From the IMG/VR virus record IMGVR_UViG_3300044627_003892: 64,000 bases of DNA; one strand, 5' to 3'. Shown here piece after piece: positions 19,989 to 29,123 of this stretch. The translations under genes were made by a program, and so were the position numbers. The notes below the pieces were generated by a model. The model was not told the origin of the DNA. It worked only from the letters and a program-made list of their open reading frames with translations, and made no database searches. Each line of letters starts with the position of its first letter. Positions within the stretch are counted from its first letter, which is position 1. Origin of the DNA: a virus (taxonomy: Duplodnaviria; Caudoviricetes).

Positions 19989-21419
19989 TTATTTTATTAT
20001 TTTTGACATAATGTCTTTCATTCTCAAGAATTGAGGATTCTCATAAGTCTTAGATTCAATCAGATTAACTGCTGAACCTGACTGTGGAGCTTTATCAATT
20101 ACTCTTTCGATTGACTCAGTCATGAACTTTTTGGTTTCCCCTCCAAGTTCGTCTTTTATTGTTTTATACAAAGCTTTAGACTCTTTAAGAGTTTCAGCAG
20201 AATCAAATCTTCTTAAAACGTTAATTTTTTCCTGCTTTGATGTAGAATGTTCTGTGAACAATCTTGTAGCATATGCTAAATTTGAATTAAATACGGCAAC
20301 TTCGTTAAGTTTATCTCTAAACATATTTAGAGCCTTTCTGTATTCTTCATTTTTAGCCTTTAACATTTCAACTTCTTCCATGATTTCACGGTTTTCAAAA
20401 GTTAGATTTCTGTTAGGTGTAACACCTTTTCTTAAACCACGTCCTTCTTTAGAACCGAATCCATAAGTACGAGATGCTTCTTTAGCTTCTTCCTTAGTGA
20501 ATTTTTTTACACCCTTTGGACTTGGCATGTCAAACATTTCACCTTCTTTGAATTCAAACTTTGGTTTAGATGTTCCTTTAGTAGGGTTAGCGTGTGATTT
20601 CTTTTCGTTAAAACCACCTTTAGATTTTTCATAATTAAATTTGGCTTTACCTACAGAACCTTTTGTACCAACTTTTGGTTTAATAACAGATTTAGATTCG
20701 TACATTACGTCTTCTTCAAACGTGTATTCCTCTTCTTCTTCACCTTCTTCCATGGTTTCAAAATCTTTGTAATGACCATCAACGTCTCCGATTTTATGAC
20801 CATCTCGTCTTTTATAATCGTGTTCGTCTCCGCCATACATTTCATCTAATTCTTCTTCAGCTTCATCATCCATTTCAATTTCGTAAACGATTTCTTCTGA
20901 TTCTTCTTCATTATCTTCTTCCATTCCAAACTCCTCTTCTTCAGATTCTGTTTGAATAAGGTATTCATCTTCTTCATCTTTTAAATGAATGAAATCACCT
21001 TCTTTTTTAATTTCAAAAGAATCATCTGGACTCATTTGTTTGTAAGCCTTTAAGACATCTTCTAATGAATGGTTAGATAAATCCATGATTTCATCAGATT
21101 CGAAATCATCTCCACCACTGATATCAGAAAAATTTGACATGTCGAAACTTTCTTCAGAATCTTCGTCTTCAGACTCGTCTTCTTCAGACTCGTCATCAAA
21201 TTCAAATTCGTCTTCCTCAGAATCATCTTCAGATTCTAATTCGTCTTCAACTTCAAATTCATCTTCTTCTTCAGCCTCATTTTTCATAGACTCTTTTACT
21301 AATTCGCTAATTTCTTCTTTCATTGTAGAATGAAGTATTTCTTTTGCATTTTCATTGATTGCTTCTTCCAAATTTTGTATTTGGATTAATGCTTCTTCAA
21401 CTAAGTTTTTTTCTGCCAT
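19989..21419 (-). CDS. gp22: Prohead core scaffolding protein (gp22-like)
   Basis: Very acidic with a coiled-coil C-terminus; lies between prohead protease and MCP; many L/I-x-E sites. Confidence 0.7.
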   Translation of the reverse strand: MAEKNLVEEALIQIQNLEEAINENAKEILHSTMKEEISELVKESMKNEAEEEDEFEVEDELESEDDSEEDEFEFDDESEEDESEDEDSEESFDMSNFSDISGGDDFESDEIMDLSNHSLEDVLKAYKQMSPDDSFEIKKEGDFIHLKDEEDEYLIQTESEEEEFGMEEDNEEESEEIVYEIEMDDEAEEELDEMYGGDEHDYKRRDGHKIGDVDGHYKDFETMEEGEEEEEYTFEEDVMYESKSVIKPKVGTKGSVGKAKFNYEKSKGGFNEKKSHANPTKGTSKPKFEFKEGEMFDMPSPKGVKKFTKEEAKEASRTYGFGSKEGRGLRKGVTPNRNLTFENREIMEEVEMLKAKNEEYRKALNMFRDKLNEVAVFNSNLAYATRLFTEHSTSKQEKINVLRRFDSAETLKESKALYKTIKDELGGETKKFMTESIERVIDKAPQSGSAVNLIESKTYENPQFLRMKDIMSKIIK

Positions 21420-21486
21420 TGCGTAGTTATTTTATTAAATAAATATGCAGATGTTTAGAAAAATTAATTTTTTTTGGTTTTTAAAT

Positions 21487-21514
21487 AAAAAAAGGGGACT
21501 TTTGTCCCCCTTTT
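21487..21514. terminator. Intrinsic terminator
   Basis: GGGGAC-tttt-GTCCCC flanked by A/T runs. Confidence 0.75.
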
Positions 21515-21536
21515 AAATTCTTTTTAAACTTTGTGA

Positions 21537-21752
21537 TTACTCAAACACTTCGTCAATTTTACTTTCACTTACTGAAGTAATTCTCCAATCATAACTAAAT
21601 GATTTGTAAGCCTCAGTAACTTTAGCTTCTACATCAGTAACAGAATAACCTTTTACAAGTTTTTCTTCTCTTACCTTTTTAATTTTTCCTGTGTTTTCAT
21701 CTGGCAAATCGTATTGGATTTTAGCCACAAAGTATTTTTCGTCCATTTCCAT
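21537..21752 (-). CDS. Hypothetical protein
   Basis: 71-aa ORF downstream of the prohead protease. Confidence 0.75.
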   Translation of the reverse strand: MEMDEKYFVAKIQYDLPDENTGKIKKVREEKLVKGYSVTDVEAKVTEAYKSFSYDWRITSVSESKIDEVFE

Positions 21753-21758
21753 AATTGT

Positions 21759-22478
21759 TTATTTTCCTAAATAATCGGAAAGTCTTCCCATTAAATCAAG
21801 CGATTTGTTAACTGTTCTTGATGCTTTCATCTCATTTTCTTCTTGTAGGTTCTCCTCAAACGCAAATCTTCCATCAGGTTCAGTAAATAAATAAGCTCCT
21901 GGTGTTGATGGTGAAGATACCAAGTCAAAACAAATTAATTCAAAATCATCTTGAACTTCATTTTGGTCACCTACCTTCTTTAAGGAACCTACCCCTCTTG
22001 ACGATATACCTAACGTTACACCTAATCTTAATAGATTTGCCGCTTGGTCACCCTTTGTTGATACGATACCTCTTTCATGGAACCCTGGTGAAGTTAGAAG
22101 TAATAACTTACCTAATAGAACATTACCATCCCACCACATCTCTGTAATCATGTGTGATACTCTATCTAAATCTATCAATGAAGACTCAGGGTGGTTAAGT
22201 TCTGATAAAGCGGTTTTCTTACCGATATAATTTTTTATATAATTTTCAGATTCTCTCTTTAAAATTCTTTCAGGATATATTCTACCGTTTCTATTGGGTG
22301 TATTATATTTTTGTAGAACGGCATAGAACTCAAATGGTTTTGAATAATCTTTAAAATCCCTACTTTCTTGTAAGAATGTTTGATTATGTTTTTCTGTCGG
22401 GGAAACATATCCCGCATCCATCTCAATTAAAATACCTTTTCCTGTCTCTTTTGGACCTAATATTTTGTAATTTTGCAT
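21759..22478 (-). CDS. gp21: Prohead core protease (gp21-like)
   Basis: NRNGRIYP, ELNHP (catalytic His), LGISSRGVGS (catalytic Ser), FDLVSSPSTPGA. Confidence 0.93.
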   Translation of the reverse strand: MQNYKILGPKETGKGILIEMDAGYVSPTEKHNQTFLQESRDFKDYSKPFEFYAVLQKYNTPNRNGRIYPERILKRESENYIKNYIGKKTALSELNHPESSLIDLDRVSHMITEMWWDGNVLLGKLLLLTSPGFHERGIVSTKGDQAANLLRLGVTLGISSRGVGSLKKVGDQNEVQDDFELICFDLVSSPSTPGAYLFTEPDGRFAFEENLQEENEMKASRTVNKSLDLMGRLSDYLGK

Positions 22479-22500
22479 TTTACCTTTTTATAGATAAATA

Positions 22501-22965
22501 TTAAATACTTTCTATTTTATCGGTTGTTTTTATTTTGTTCGATTTTGTAAGATAAAATTTGAAATATTTTGATTTTTTAAAAGATTCTTTTTCTACATAA
22601 TTTATGATATTTTTAATAGAATTTTTTAGTTCTACAGATTTAAAATCAATATCTTTTTTCAAAAAGAATGTTACTTCTAAATTCATAAAAGACCTTTTCT
22701 TAATTGTTATTCCACTTGTCCTTAAATCTAAATCAACTATAAATTTTTCATTTAGTAAGTCATTGTCGATAATTTCTATTAAGTTTGTTTTAATATTTTT
22801 ATTAAATACTGATACAATTCTATTCCAACTTTCTTCGTGTGTCTTTGGTTCAACCCAAGATTGGATATTTAAATAAATTGATTTTAAATTTTTTGAGTCA
22901 ACCGTACCATAAGAACATTTTATTTGTTTATATCCTCTAACCACACAACTTTTTCCTTTTTTCAT
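22501..22965 (-). CDS. Hypothetical protein
   Basis: 154-aa ORF divergent from bS21. Confidence 0.75.
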   Translation of the reverse strand: MKKGKSCVVRGYKQIKCSYGTVDSKNLKSIYLNIQSWVEPKTHEESWNRIVSVFNKNIKTNLIEIIDNDLLNEKFIVDLDLRTSGITIKKRSFMNLEVTFFLKKDIDFKSVELKNSIKNIINYVEKESFKKSKYFKFYLTKSNKIKTTDKIESI

Positions 22966-22989
22966 TTACAAGTTTTTCATATCTTCGTT

Positions 22990-22997
22990 TATTTATG
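22990..22997 (+). promoter_or_regulatory. Putative late promoter TATTTATG upstream of bS21
   Basis: Same sense-strand motif as at structural genes, 36 nt before ATG 23034. Confidence 0.5.
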
Positions 22998-23033
22998 TAA
23001 GTAATATTAATCAACAAAAACCGAGTTGTCAAA

Positions 23034-23219
23034 ATGCTAATAATTCCCGTAAAAAATAACGATTTAGAAAAATCTTTAAAAAACTTTAAATCAAAAGTTT
23101 TAAAAACCAAAATGATTGTAGAGTTACAAAACAGAAAAAACTACAAAAAAAAATCTGACATAAAACGTCAGATTTTAAATGATGCTATTTATAAAAATTC
23201 AAAAAATAAAGATTTATAA
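23034..23219 (+). CDS. rpsU: Ribosomal protein bS21 (phage-encoded)
   Basis: MLIIPVKNNDLEKSLKNFKSKV..ELQNRKNYKKKSDIKR matches Bacteroidetes bS21 (MLIIPVK...ALKRFKRK...ELR.R..F.KPS..RR). Confidence 0.85.
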   Translation: MLIIPVKNNDLEKSLKNFKSKVLKTKMIVELQNRKNYKKKSDIKRQILNDAIYKNSKNKDL

Positions 23220-23924
23220 ATTTTGTGTTAAATTCATTAATTTAATATATTCTTTTTTAGAATGTTTTACATTTGTAAGTCTTTCTTTTGTTTCTAATAA
23301 AACTTTTGATAGTTCTTCATCAGACTCTGAAATAAGAGTGTCAATTTTTTGAATTGCAGTTTCTTTTAATTCTGTAAATTTTGTTTTTAAATTTTCATCA
23401 TTTGATGATAAAATTTCTTTAACAGAATTTCTTTCAGATTCAGTTAGGTTTTCTAAATATTTTTCAGCCGTTTTATTAGCAACTTTTAACATTGAACTAA
23501 TTGGTACGTTTGTAGATTTAGTTTCTTTTATTATTGGTTTTTTACCTAAAGACTCAACGATTGATTTTTTAGCAATTGATTTCTTTTCAGGTTTTAGTAA
23601 ATCACCATAAAATAATTCATCAATTGTTTTGTATTTGTTTTCAAGTACAATATCCTTAGTCCAACTTTTAACAAAATTTACTGTATTTTCAGATAATTTA
23701 ATTTGTCTAAATTCATTAGATAAATCATCAACCAAATAAGTTGCGGTTTCTTTATCTAATTCTTTATTTTCTTTTAAATTATCATATATCGACATTAATT
23801 TACAAAAATCACTATTTTTAAGTAATTTTCTTTCAAAAAGTCGCATATCAGTTTTAAGAGTTCCTTTAACAAAGGAATCAATTAATTTATTTTCTACTAA
23901 TGTTTTTATTAATCCAAATCTCAT
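23214..23924 (-). CDS. Hypothetical protein in head module
   Basis: 236-aa ORF after portal; late motif at 23940-23947. Confidence 0.8.
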   Translation of the reverse strand: MRFGLIKTLVENKLIDSFVKGTLKTDMRLFERKLLKNSDFCKLMSIYDNLKENKELDKETATYLVDDLSNEFRQIKLSENTVNFVKSWTKDIVLENKYKTIDELFYGDLLKPEKKSIAKKSIVESLGKKPIIKETKSTNVPISSMLKVANKTAEKYLENLTESERNSVKEILSSNDENLKTKFTELKETAIQKIDTLISESDEELSKVLLETKERLTNVKHSKKEYIKLMNLTQNL

Positions 23925-23947
23925 GTCTATATTTTTTTATATAAATA

Positions 23948-25804
23948 TCAATTCTTTAGTAGTTTATCTAATTCGGTACCCATTTCACCTAAAGAATTTT
24001 GAACTTTTGACAAATCAATCAATTCATCCTCATTTAACATACCTCTATTTTCTAATAAAATATTTAAATTTTCTTTATTTCTCTCATCGTTTTCAGGTAC
24101 AGTCCCTCCTTCTGCAGGTGGTGCTGGTGATGGTGATTCAGGTGGTGCCGGTGACTCTCCTCCCATATCACCCATTCCTCCTAAATCAGGTGGTGCTCCT
24201 AATCCTCCTCCTGTGTCAGTTGCCCCACCTTCAGTAGGTGTTCCAGCCGGTTCACCTTCTTTTTTACCATACAACTTGTCTATGTTATCAAATATACCTG
24301 TGTGAGTAATAACTTCAGCAGTTTTCTTAAGTTCTTCACCAACGGCTCTTTCGATACGTTGTTGTTGTAAATCAAGTTTAATTTCATCATCAGAAAATCC
24401 AAGAATATGTTTCTTAGCCCATGACATAGAAACTGCCGCAATACCACTTCCTGGGTCGGCAACCATATCTTTAAATAATAGTATTTTTTCTTTCCATACA
24501 TCAATCTTTAGTAAATCCGCTTGTGTTGAAGGATTTGTTAAACTTAATGTAAAGTTTGATATTTCATCCTCAAACCCTAATATGAATAAATGTATTATCG
24601 CAATTTTATTTAATTCAGAAATCATATTCTTTTGAATACGATTGATGGTACGAGCGAAACGAATATCTTGTAATGATAAATTCTTACCATCACCAACAGT
24701 TTCTTCAAAACCTAAAAATGCTTTAGGAACACGAAGAGCTGTTAACAATTTCTTTTGGATATACTCAATATCGGCAATCTCTGATAAGTTCGCAGCTCCC
24801 GGTAATGTCTCAATCGGCATTGTTTGTGTAGTATCTCTAACAGGAACGAAATAATCTTGGTCAACCGCCATCTGATTAAATCTCATATCCACATTACCTG
24901 TCTTATGGTCAACCGTTTGACTTCTCTTAAACTTATTAGCAAATCTTTGGATATATGGTTCAACATCCGCATCATCCATGTTACCAACAAATACTTTAAA
25001 TACACGTCTTTCAGGTGCTCTTGATGTTCTGTAAATTAACATAGCATCTTCAGATAACAATAATTGTTTCCAAATACGACGAGCCTTTTCTAACATAGAA
25101 GTTCCATAAGGAAGTCTTCTATCATCACCAAGTAATCTAAAGTGTGCAACTTCCCAAGTATTAAACTCTAAATCCTTTTGTTTCCATTTGAATTTTAAAT
25201 GTTTCTTTTCAGGATTTGTTGTCGAATCTGTTGAGTGAGCACCCATACCTGCTTCCAATCTTTCAATCTCGATGACTGGTAATTGCATACATCCTATAAT
25301 ACCTTTTTCAGGGTCTAATTTAAGATATACAAAATTATCACCATACTTACATGTGTTTCTTATCCACATAGGTAAGTTAGTATTAATATCTAACGCATTG
25401 TTAAATAAATCACCTAAAATAGATTTAATTCTTGTTGACTCAGAATAGATTTGTAACATAAAACCATCCTGATTAATTGTTGTTGACTCTTCAGCATAAA
25501 TGTCTAAAGCCGCACCAATTTCAGGTGTAAATTCCATTGACTCGTAGTCATAAAAAGACGCTAAACGAGTTGGTTCATAGTAAACTGCCTGTGTATATAG
25601 ATTATTCTCAACCCTACCCCATTGGTTTGCTAAGTAATATGTTTGTTGAGCTTGTAATTTCTCTCTATCATATTCAGATTTAGAAGTTGTCTTTAAAAGT
25701 TCCTTCTTATCATATTTGTACGTAGGATAATCCTGACCCAAAAGAGAATTGGGTCCAAATGTTTGGGATAACCGTTGCCATACCGTTAGTTTATTTTCAC
25801 TCAT
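23948..25804 (-). CDS. gp20: Portal vertex protein (gp20-like)
   Basis: EDAMLIYRTSRAPERRVFKVFVG, QDYFVP, IETLPG, DIEYIQKKLLTALRVPK, DIRFARTINRIQ. Confidence 0.93.
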   Translation of the reverse strand: MSENKLTVWQRLSQTFGPNSLLGQDYPTYKYDKKELLKTTSKSEYDREKLQAQQTYYLANQWGRVENNLYTQAVYYEPTRLASFYDYESMEFTPEIGAALDIYAEESTTINQDGFMLQIYSESTRIKSILGDLFNNALDINTNLPMWIRNTCKYGDNFVYLKLDPEKGIIGCMQLPVIEIERLEAGMGAHSTDSTTNPEKKHLKFKWKQKDLEFNTWEVAHFRLLGDDRRLPYGTSMLEKARRIWKQLLLSEDAMLIYRTSRAPERRVFKVFVGNMDDADVEPYIQRFANKFKRSQTVDHKTGNVDMRFNQMAVDQDYFVPVRDTTQTMPIETLPGAANLSEIADIEYIQKKLLTALRVPKAFLGFEETVGDGKNLSLQDIRFARTINRIQKNMISELNKIAIIHLFILGFEDEISNFTLSLTNPSTQADLLKIDVWKEKILLFKDMVADPGSGIAAVSMSWAKKHILGFSDDEIKLDLQQQRIERAVGEELKKTAEVITHTGIFDNIDKLYGKKEGEPAGTPTEGGATDTGGGLGAPPDLGGMGDMGGESPAPPESPSPAPPAEGGTVPENDERNKENLNILLENRGMLNEDELIDLSKVQNSLGEMGTELDKLLKN

Positions 25805-25842
25805 ATTTTAATTATAAATATTCTTATAGATTATTAAACAAT

Positions 25843-27306
25843 TTATCCAATATTATATGGACATGAACCTAAATTAGTAACACTTAGATTACTTCCAGTA
25901 GGTTCTGAACACAAACACATATATACTACATAGTTTTTAGGTAATGTAAACGATGTCGGAGCATCAACAAATGGAGGTGACATACTAACTGTTGCAGTAG
26001 CTCCTGTTGCTTCAAGTCGATATTGATTAGTAACACAAGTTCCACTATTTCTAGTACAAGCAGATGCACTAGTCGAAACCACACCTTCTACAACTTGATA
26101 AAAATATGGTGGTATTGTATTTCTCGTATTATTTCTTAAGTTAAAGTTTACATCTAAAAATGCAGTTCCTCCACTAAATAATCCTTGACTACTTGGTGGG
26201 TTATTTGTAAAAGTAATTGCTGAGTATGAATTACAATACCCTGTATTAAAAGGTACTGTATTACCAAAAAATCCATAAAATGTCTCATTATTACAAGTAC
26301 CACCAGTACATGGACCATAATTAGCTTTAATTATTGATATATCTTCATTAACAATTCGTGCACATACTTGGATTGATTCTCCAGCATTTATATTACCAAT
26401 AAATACTGTCCCCGAACAATCGTTATAATTATAATTTAAGGCACCTGCAGTAGGGTTTGTTAAATACCAACAACGACATTCTGGTATTGTCGGTGTCGGT
26501 GTAGTAGTTTGGGTAGGAGTGATTGTTGAAGTTATTGAAGGTGTTGGAGTTTGAGTATTAGTAGTGGTTTGAGTATTAGTAGGGGTTTGAGTTTGAGTTT
26601 GAGTTACTGAAGGTGTTGGTGTTGGTGTTTGGGTTTGCGTATTAGTCAGAGTTATTGAAGGTGTTGGTGTTGGGGTAGGTGTCGGACAAACTCCTGCATT
26701 ACAAAAAGGTGTATCTATACCTATTGAAATACCAGGTGCACTAATTGAATTTTGTTTAGCACAGAACCTTGTTGTTGTATTAGGTAACATTGACCCTGTA
26801 ATTGTACCTCCCGAACATGAAATACCACTATATGATAGTGGAGGAGCGAGAGGAGCTCCTGTAATATAACTTAAATCATAACAAACACAAGATATTTCAG
26901 TTGGTGTTACAGTTTGAGTATTGGTTGGTGTTATAGTATTAGTTGGTGTTTGTGTCGGAGTTTGAGTGTTTGTAGTCGTTACGGTTTGAGTTATTGATGG
27001 TGTCGGTGTTTGAGTTTGAGTGTTTGTAGGTGTTTGAGTTTGGGTTAAAGATGGCGTCGGTGTTTGAGTTTGGGTTAAAGATGGCGTCGGTGTTTGAGTT
27101 TGAGTTAAAGAAGGTGTTGGAGTATTGGTCGGGGTTACAGAAGGTGTTGGAGTTAAAGGAGGTCCAGGTTCACCCTTTGTTTGTTTTATTAAAAAAACAA
27201 ACTTTTTTAATTTACCGGTTAATGAACCGAAATTTTCTTGGCCCTCAACAATTAATTTTGAGCCGGTAAATATTCTACCTGATTTTTTTCTATCTCCTGT
27301 TCCCAT
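25843..27306 (-). CDS. Mucin-like Thr/Pro-rich protein with Cys-rich modules (putative virion appendage)
   Basis: TPTPSxTQTQ repeat blocks alternate with Cys-rich modules; located between terL and portal. Confidence 0.6.
   Translation of the reverse strand: MGTGDRKKSGRIFTGSKLIVEGQENFGSLTGKLKKFVFLIKQTKGEPGPPLTPTPSVTPTNTPTPSLTQTQTPTPSLTQTQTPTPSLTQTQTPTNTQTQTPTPSITQTVTTTNTQTPTQTPTNTITPTNTQTVTPTEISCVCYDLSYITGAPLAPPLSYSGISCSGGTITGSMLPNTTTRFCAKQNSISAPGISIGIDTPFCNAGVCPTPTPTPTPSITLTNTQTQTPTPTPSVTQTQTQTPTNTQTTTNTQTPTPSITSTITPTQTTTPTPTIPECRCWYLTNPTAGALNYNYNDCSGTVFIGNINAGESIQVCARIVNEDISIIKANYGPCTGGTCNNETFYGFFGNTVPFNTGYCNSYSAITFTNNPPSSQGLFSGGTAFLDVNFNLRNNTRNTIPPYFYQVVEGVVSTSASACTRNSGTCVTNQYRLEATGATATVSMSPPFVDAPTSFTLPKNYVVYMCLCSEPTGSNLSVTNLGSCPYNIG
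27031..27120. repeat. 30-nt coding tandem repeat x3 (PTPSLTQTQT)
   Basis: tgtttgagtttgggttaaagatggcgtcgg exact twice, third copy degenerate. Confidence 0.9.
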
Positions 27307-27312
27307 ATAATG

Positions 27313-29058
27313 TTATCTTCGTCCCCCGAATAACCATAAATAGTTTTCGTAGTCACTTTTTGTTGCCTCTCGTTTAATGTTTTCTTGTTGTTGTGAAATT
27401 ACCGGGTCCATGAATTGTCTTCTGTTAAATTCATTTGTATTAACAGTCCATGAGTCAATCATCGCTTTTGTTTGATTTGTAACCTTATTAAGTGATGAAA
27501 ATGATGTTTCACCAACATAAAGAGCCATGGCAACAGACATAATCAAGTCATCATGTTGTCCCTTTTGGTGGTCAGGTCTTCCATTCACATAAATAAATGT
27601 GTTCATCTCATTTAATAAACGAGTTGAGTTTATTCTAAACCCATGTCTTAAATATTCCTCAAATGTTGCAATAATTTGAACTCGTTTAGCATTAAAGTTA
27701 ATTCCTGGTATTTTTTCAGTCGCCTTTGGGTCATATTGCCACTTATTTGAAATATCAACTCCATCAACATATACATTTCTATATCCTAACTCTCTCAATC
27801 TTAAAGATGTCGTAACTCCCATACCACCAGTGATATCCACAACAATAAATGCATTATACATATTACCCCATTTATAACATATTTCAGCTAAAGTGTCAGG
27901 AGGAAGTTTACCAACGTACTCAGCAACCTGTTCTCTTGAGTCAAAATCAACAATTTGGAATGTTGAAAAGTCTTCACTATCACCACGAGATACGTCAACA
28001 CCCATAATATATTTTTTACCTATTTCAGGTTCTTTCCAAATCCATAGTCCACCACCCATCATTTTTGTAGGAGGTTCCTTAACCATATTTATCCTTAAAT
28101 CTTCCAACATATCAGAATTAAATACGTTATCCCCCGAACCAAGAAACGCACATTCCAACTCCTGATTGACCTTACGTTTATCGTACTTAAGTTTTTTAAC
28201 CATTGACTCATACCAAGATGAGTTTGGTTTATAACCCTGTGAAATTAGTTGTCTTATCTCATCAAAGTTTTTTTCTTTATTGTTATATTCAATAATTTCA
28301 ACATCAGGATATTCATTACGATTTAAGTAATAATGAATAATATCTTTAACATTAACTAATGATAAATCTTTTGCATATCTTGGGTCTTTCCACCAAACCA
28401 TTTCGGAAACTTTAAATTCATTCATTCCCTTTAACGCTTGGTCGTATATTTCATAATAAATTGCATCATATCCGTTTGGTGTTGATACAACTATCACCTT
28501 ACCACCTGTGGATAAAGATGCCATACAAGCCGCCCAAAAATCACTATCTGCTTCAATATATGCAGCCTCGTCAAATATTAATATTGTCGGTGTATAACCA
28601 CGAAGAGCATCCTTAGATGTTGCAACCGCCTTAACTTCACATCCGTTAGTTAATTTAAAATGTCTTTGTGAGTTTTTTTCAGATGAAAATCCAACACCAA
28701 CCCAACTAGGCCATTGGTCAGTAAATCCTCTAATCTTATTTGCAACCTCAACCGCAGTATCTAACTTATTTGCAATAATTAAAACTTTTTCAGGACTATT
28801 CTTTTTAGCAAAAACAAGTTTTTTTGATGACCAAGCAGCTGTTACCGTAGATACTCCGGCTTGTCTATACTTTAGTGCAATATTTTCATTATAATTCTCG
28901 TAATCCTCAACCAGACTAATTTGGTCAGGAAATAACTCTAATGGGACATACTTTGAAACAGTGTTGTCATACGTCTGTAAATAAGTTTTAAGGGCGTATG
29001 GTGTTGATTTCATACACTTGGCATACTCCATTAAAACGGCTTCTTTAGATAAACTCAT
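27313..29058 (-). CDS. terL: Terminase large subunit
   Basis: KYRQAGVST (Walker A variant), LIFDEAA (Walker B), VVSTPNG, QELECAF, MGVDVSRG, HDDLIMS. Confidence 0.93.
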   Translation of the reverse strand: MSLSKEAVLMEYAKCMKSTPYALKTYLQTYDNTVSKYVPLELFPDQISLVEDYENYNENIALKYRQAGVSTVTAAWSSKKLVFAKKNSPEKVLIIANKLDTAVEVANKIRGFTDQWPSWVGVGFSSEKNSQRHFKLTNGCEVKAVATSKDALRGYTPTILIFDEAAYIEADSDFWAACMASLSTGGKVIVVSTPNGYDAIYYEIYDQALKGMNEFKVSEMVWWKDPRYAKDLSLVNVKDIIHYYLNRNEYPDVEIIEYNNKEKNFDEIRQLISQGYKPNSSWYESMVKKLKYDKRKVNQELECAFLGSGDNVFNSDMLEDLRINMVKEPPTKMMGGGLWIWKEPEIGKKYIMGVDVSRGDSEDFSTFQIVDFDSREQVAEYVGKLPPDTLAEICYKWGNMYNAFIVVDITGGMGVTTSLRLRELGYRNVYVDGVDISNKWQYDPKATEKIPGINFNAKRVQIIATFEEYLRHGFRINSTRLLNEMNTFIYVNGRPDHQKGQHDDLIMSVAMALYVGETSFSSLNKVTNQTKAMIDSWTVNTNEFNRRQFMDPVISQQQENIKREATKSDYENYLWLFGGRR

Positions 29059-29090
29059 ATACTATAAATATAAAATTTATCATAAAATAG

Positions 29091-29116
29091 AAAACCCTTC
29101 ATCTCTGAAGGGTTTT
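29091..29116 (-). terminator. Intrinsic terminator
   Basis: AAAACCCTTCA-tctc-TGAAGGGTTTT. Confidence 0.75.
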
Positions 29117-29123
29117 AAAGTTT

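Noticed and set aside
22966-22980. In-frame mini-ORF ATG-AAA-AAC-TTG-TAA directly before ATG 22965 (minus strand)
   Set aside because: Four codons in AT-rich DNA is likely chance; a readthrough or regulatory role cannot be supported from sequence alone.
27031-27120. CRISPR-like array
   Set aside because: Repeats are contiguous 30-mers without spacers and are in frame within a Thr/Pro-rich CDS; no cas genes are seen.
18067-29058. Introns or inteins in MCP, portal or TerL
   Set aside because: All are single uninterrupted ORFs with no LAGLIDADG/HNH insert or intein C-terminal HN-(C/S/T) block seen.
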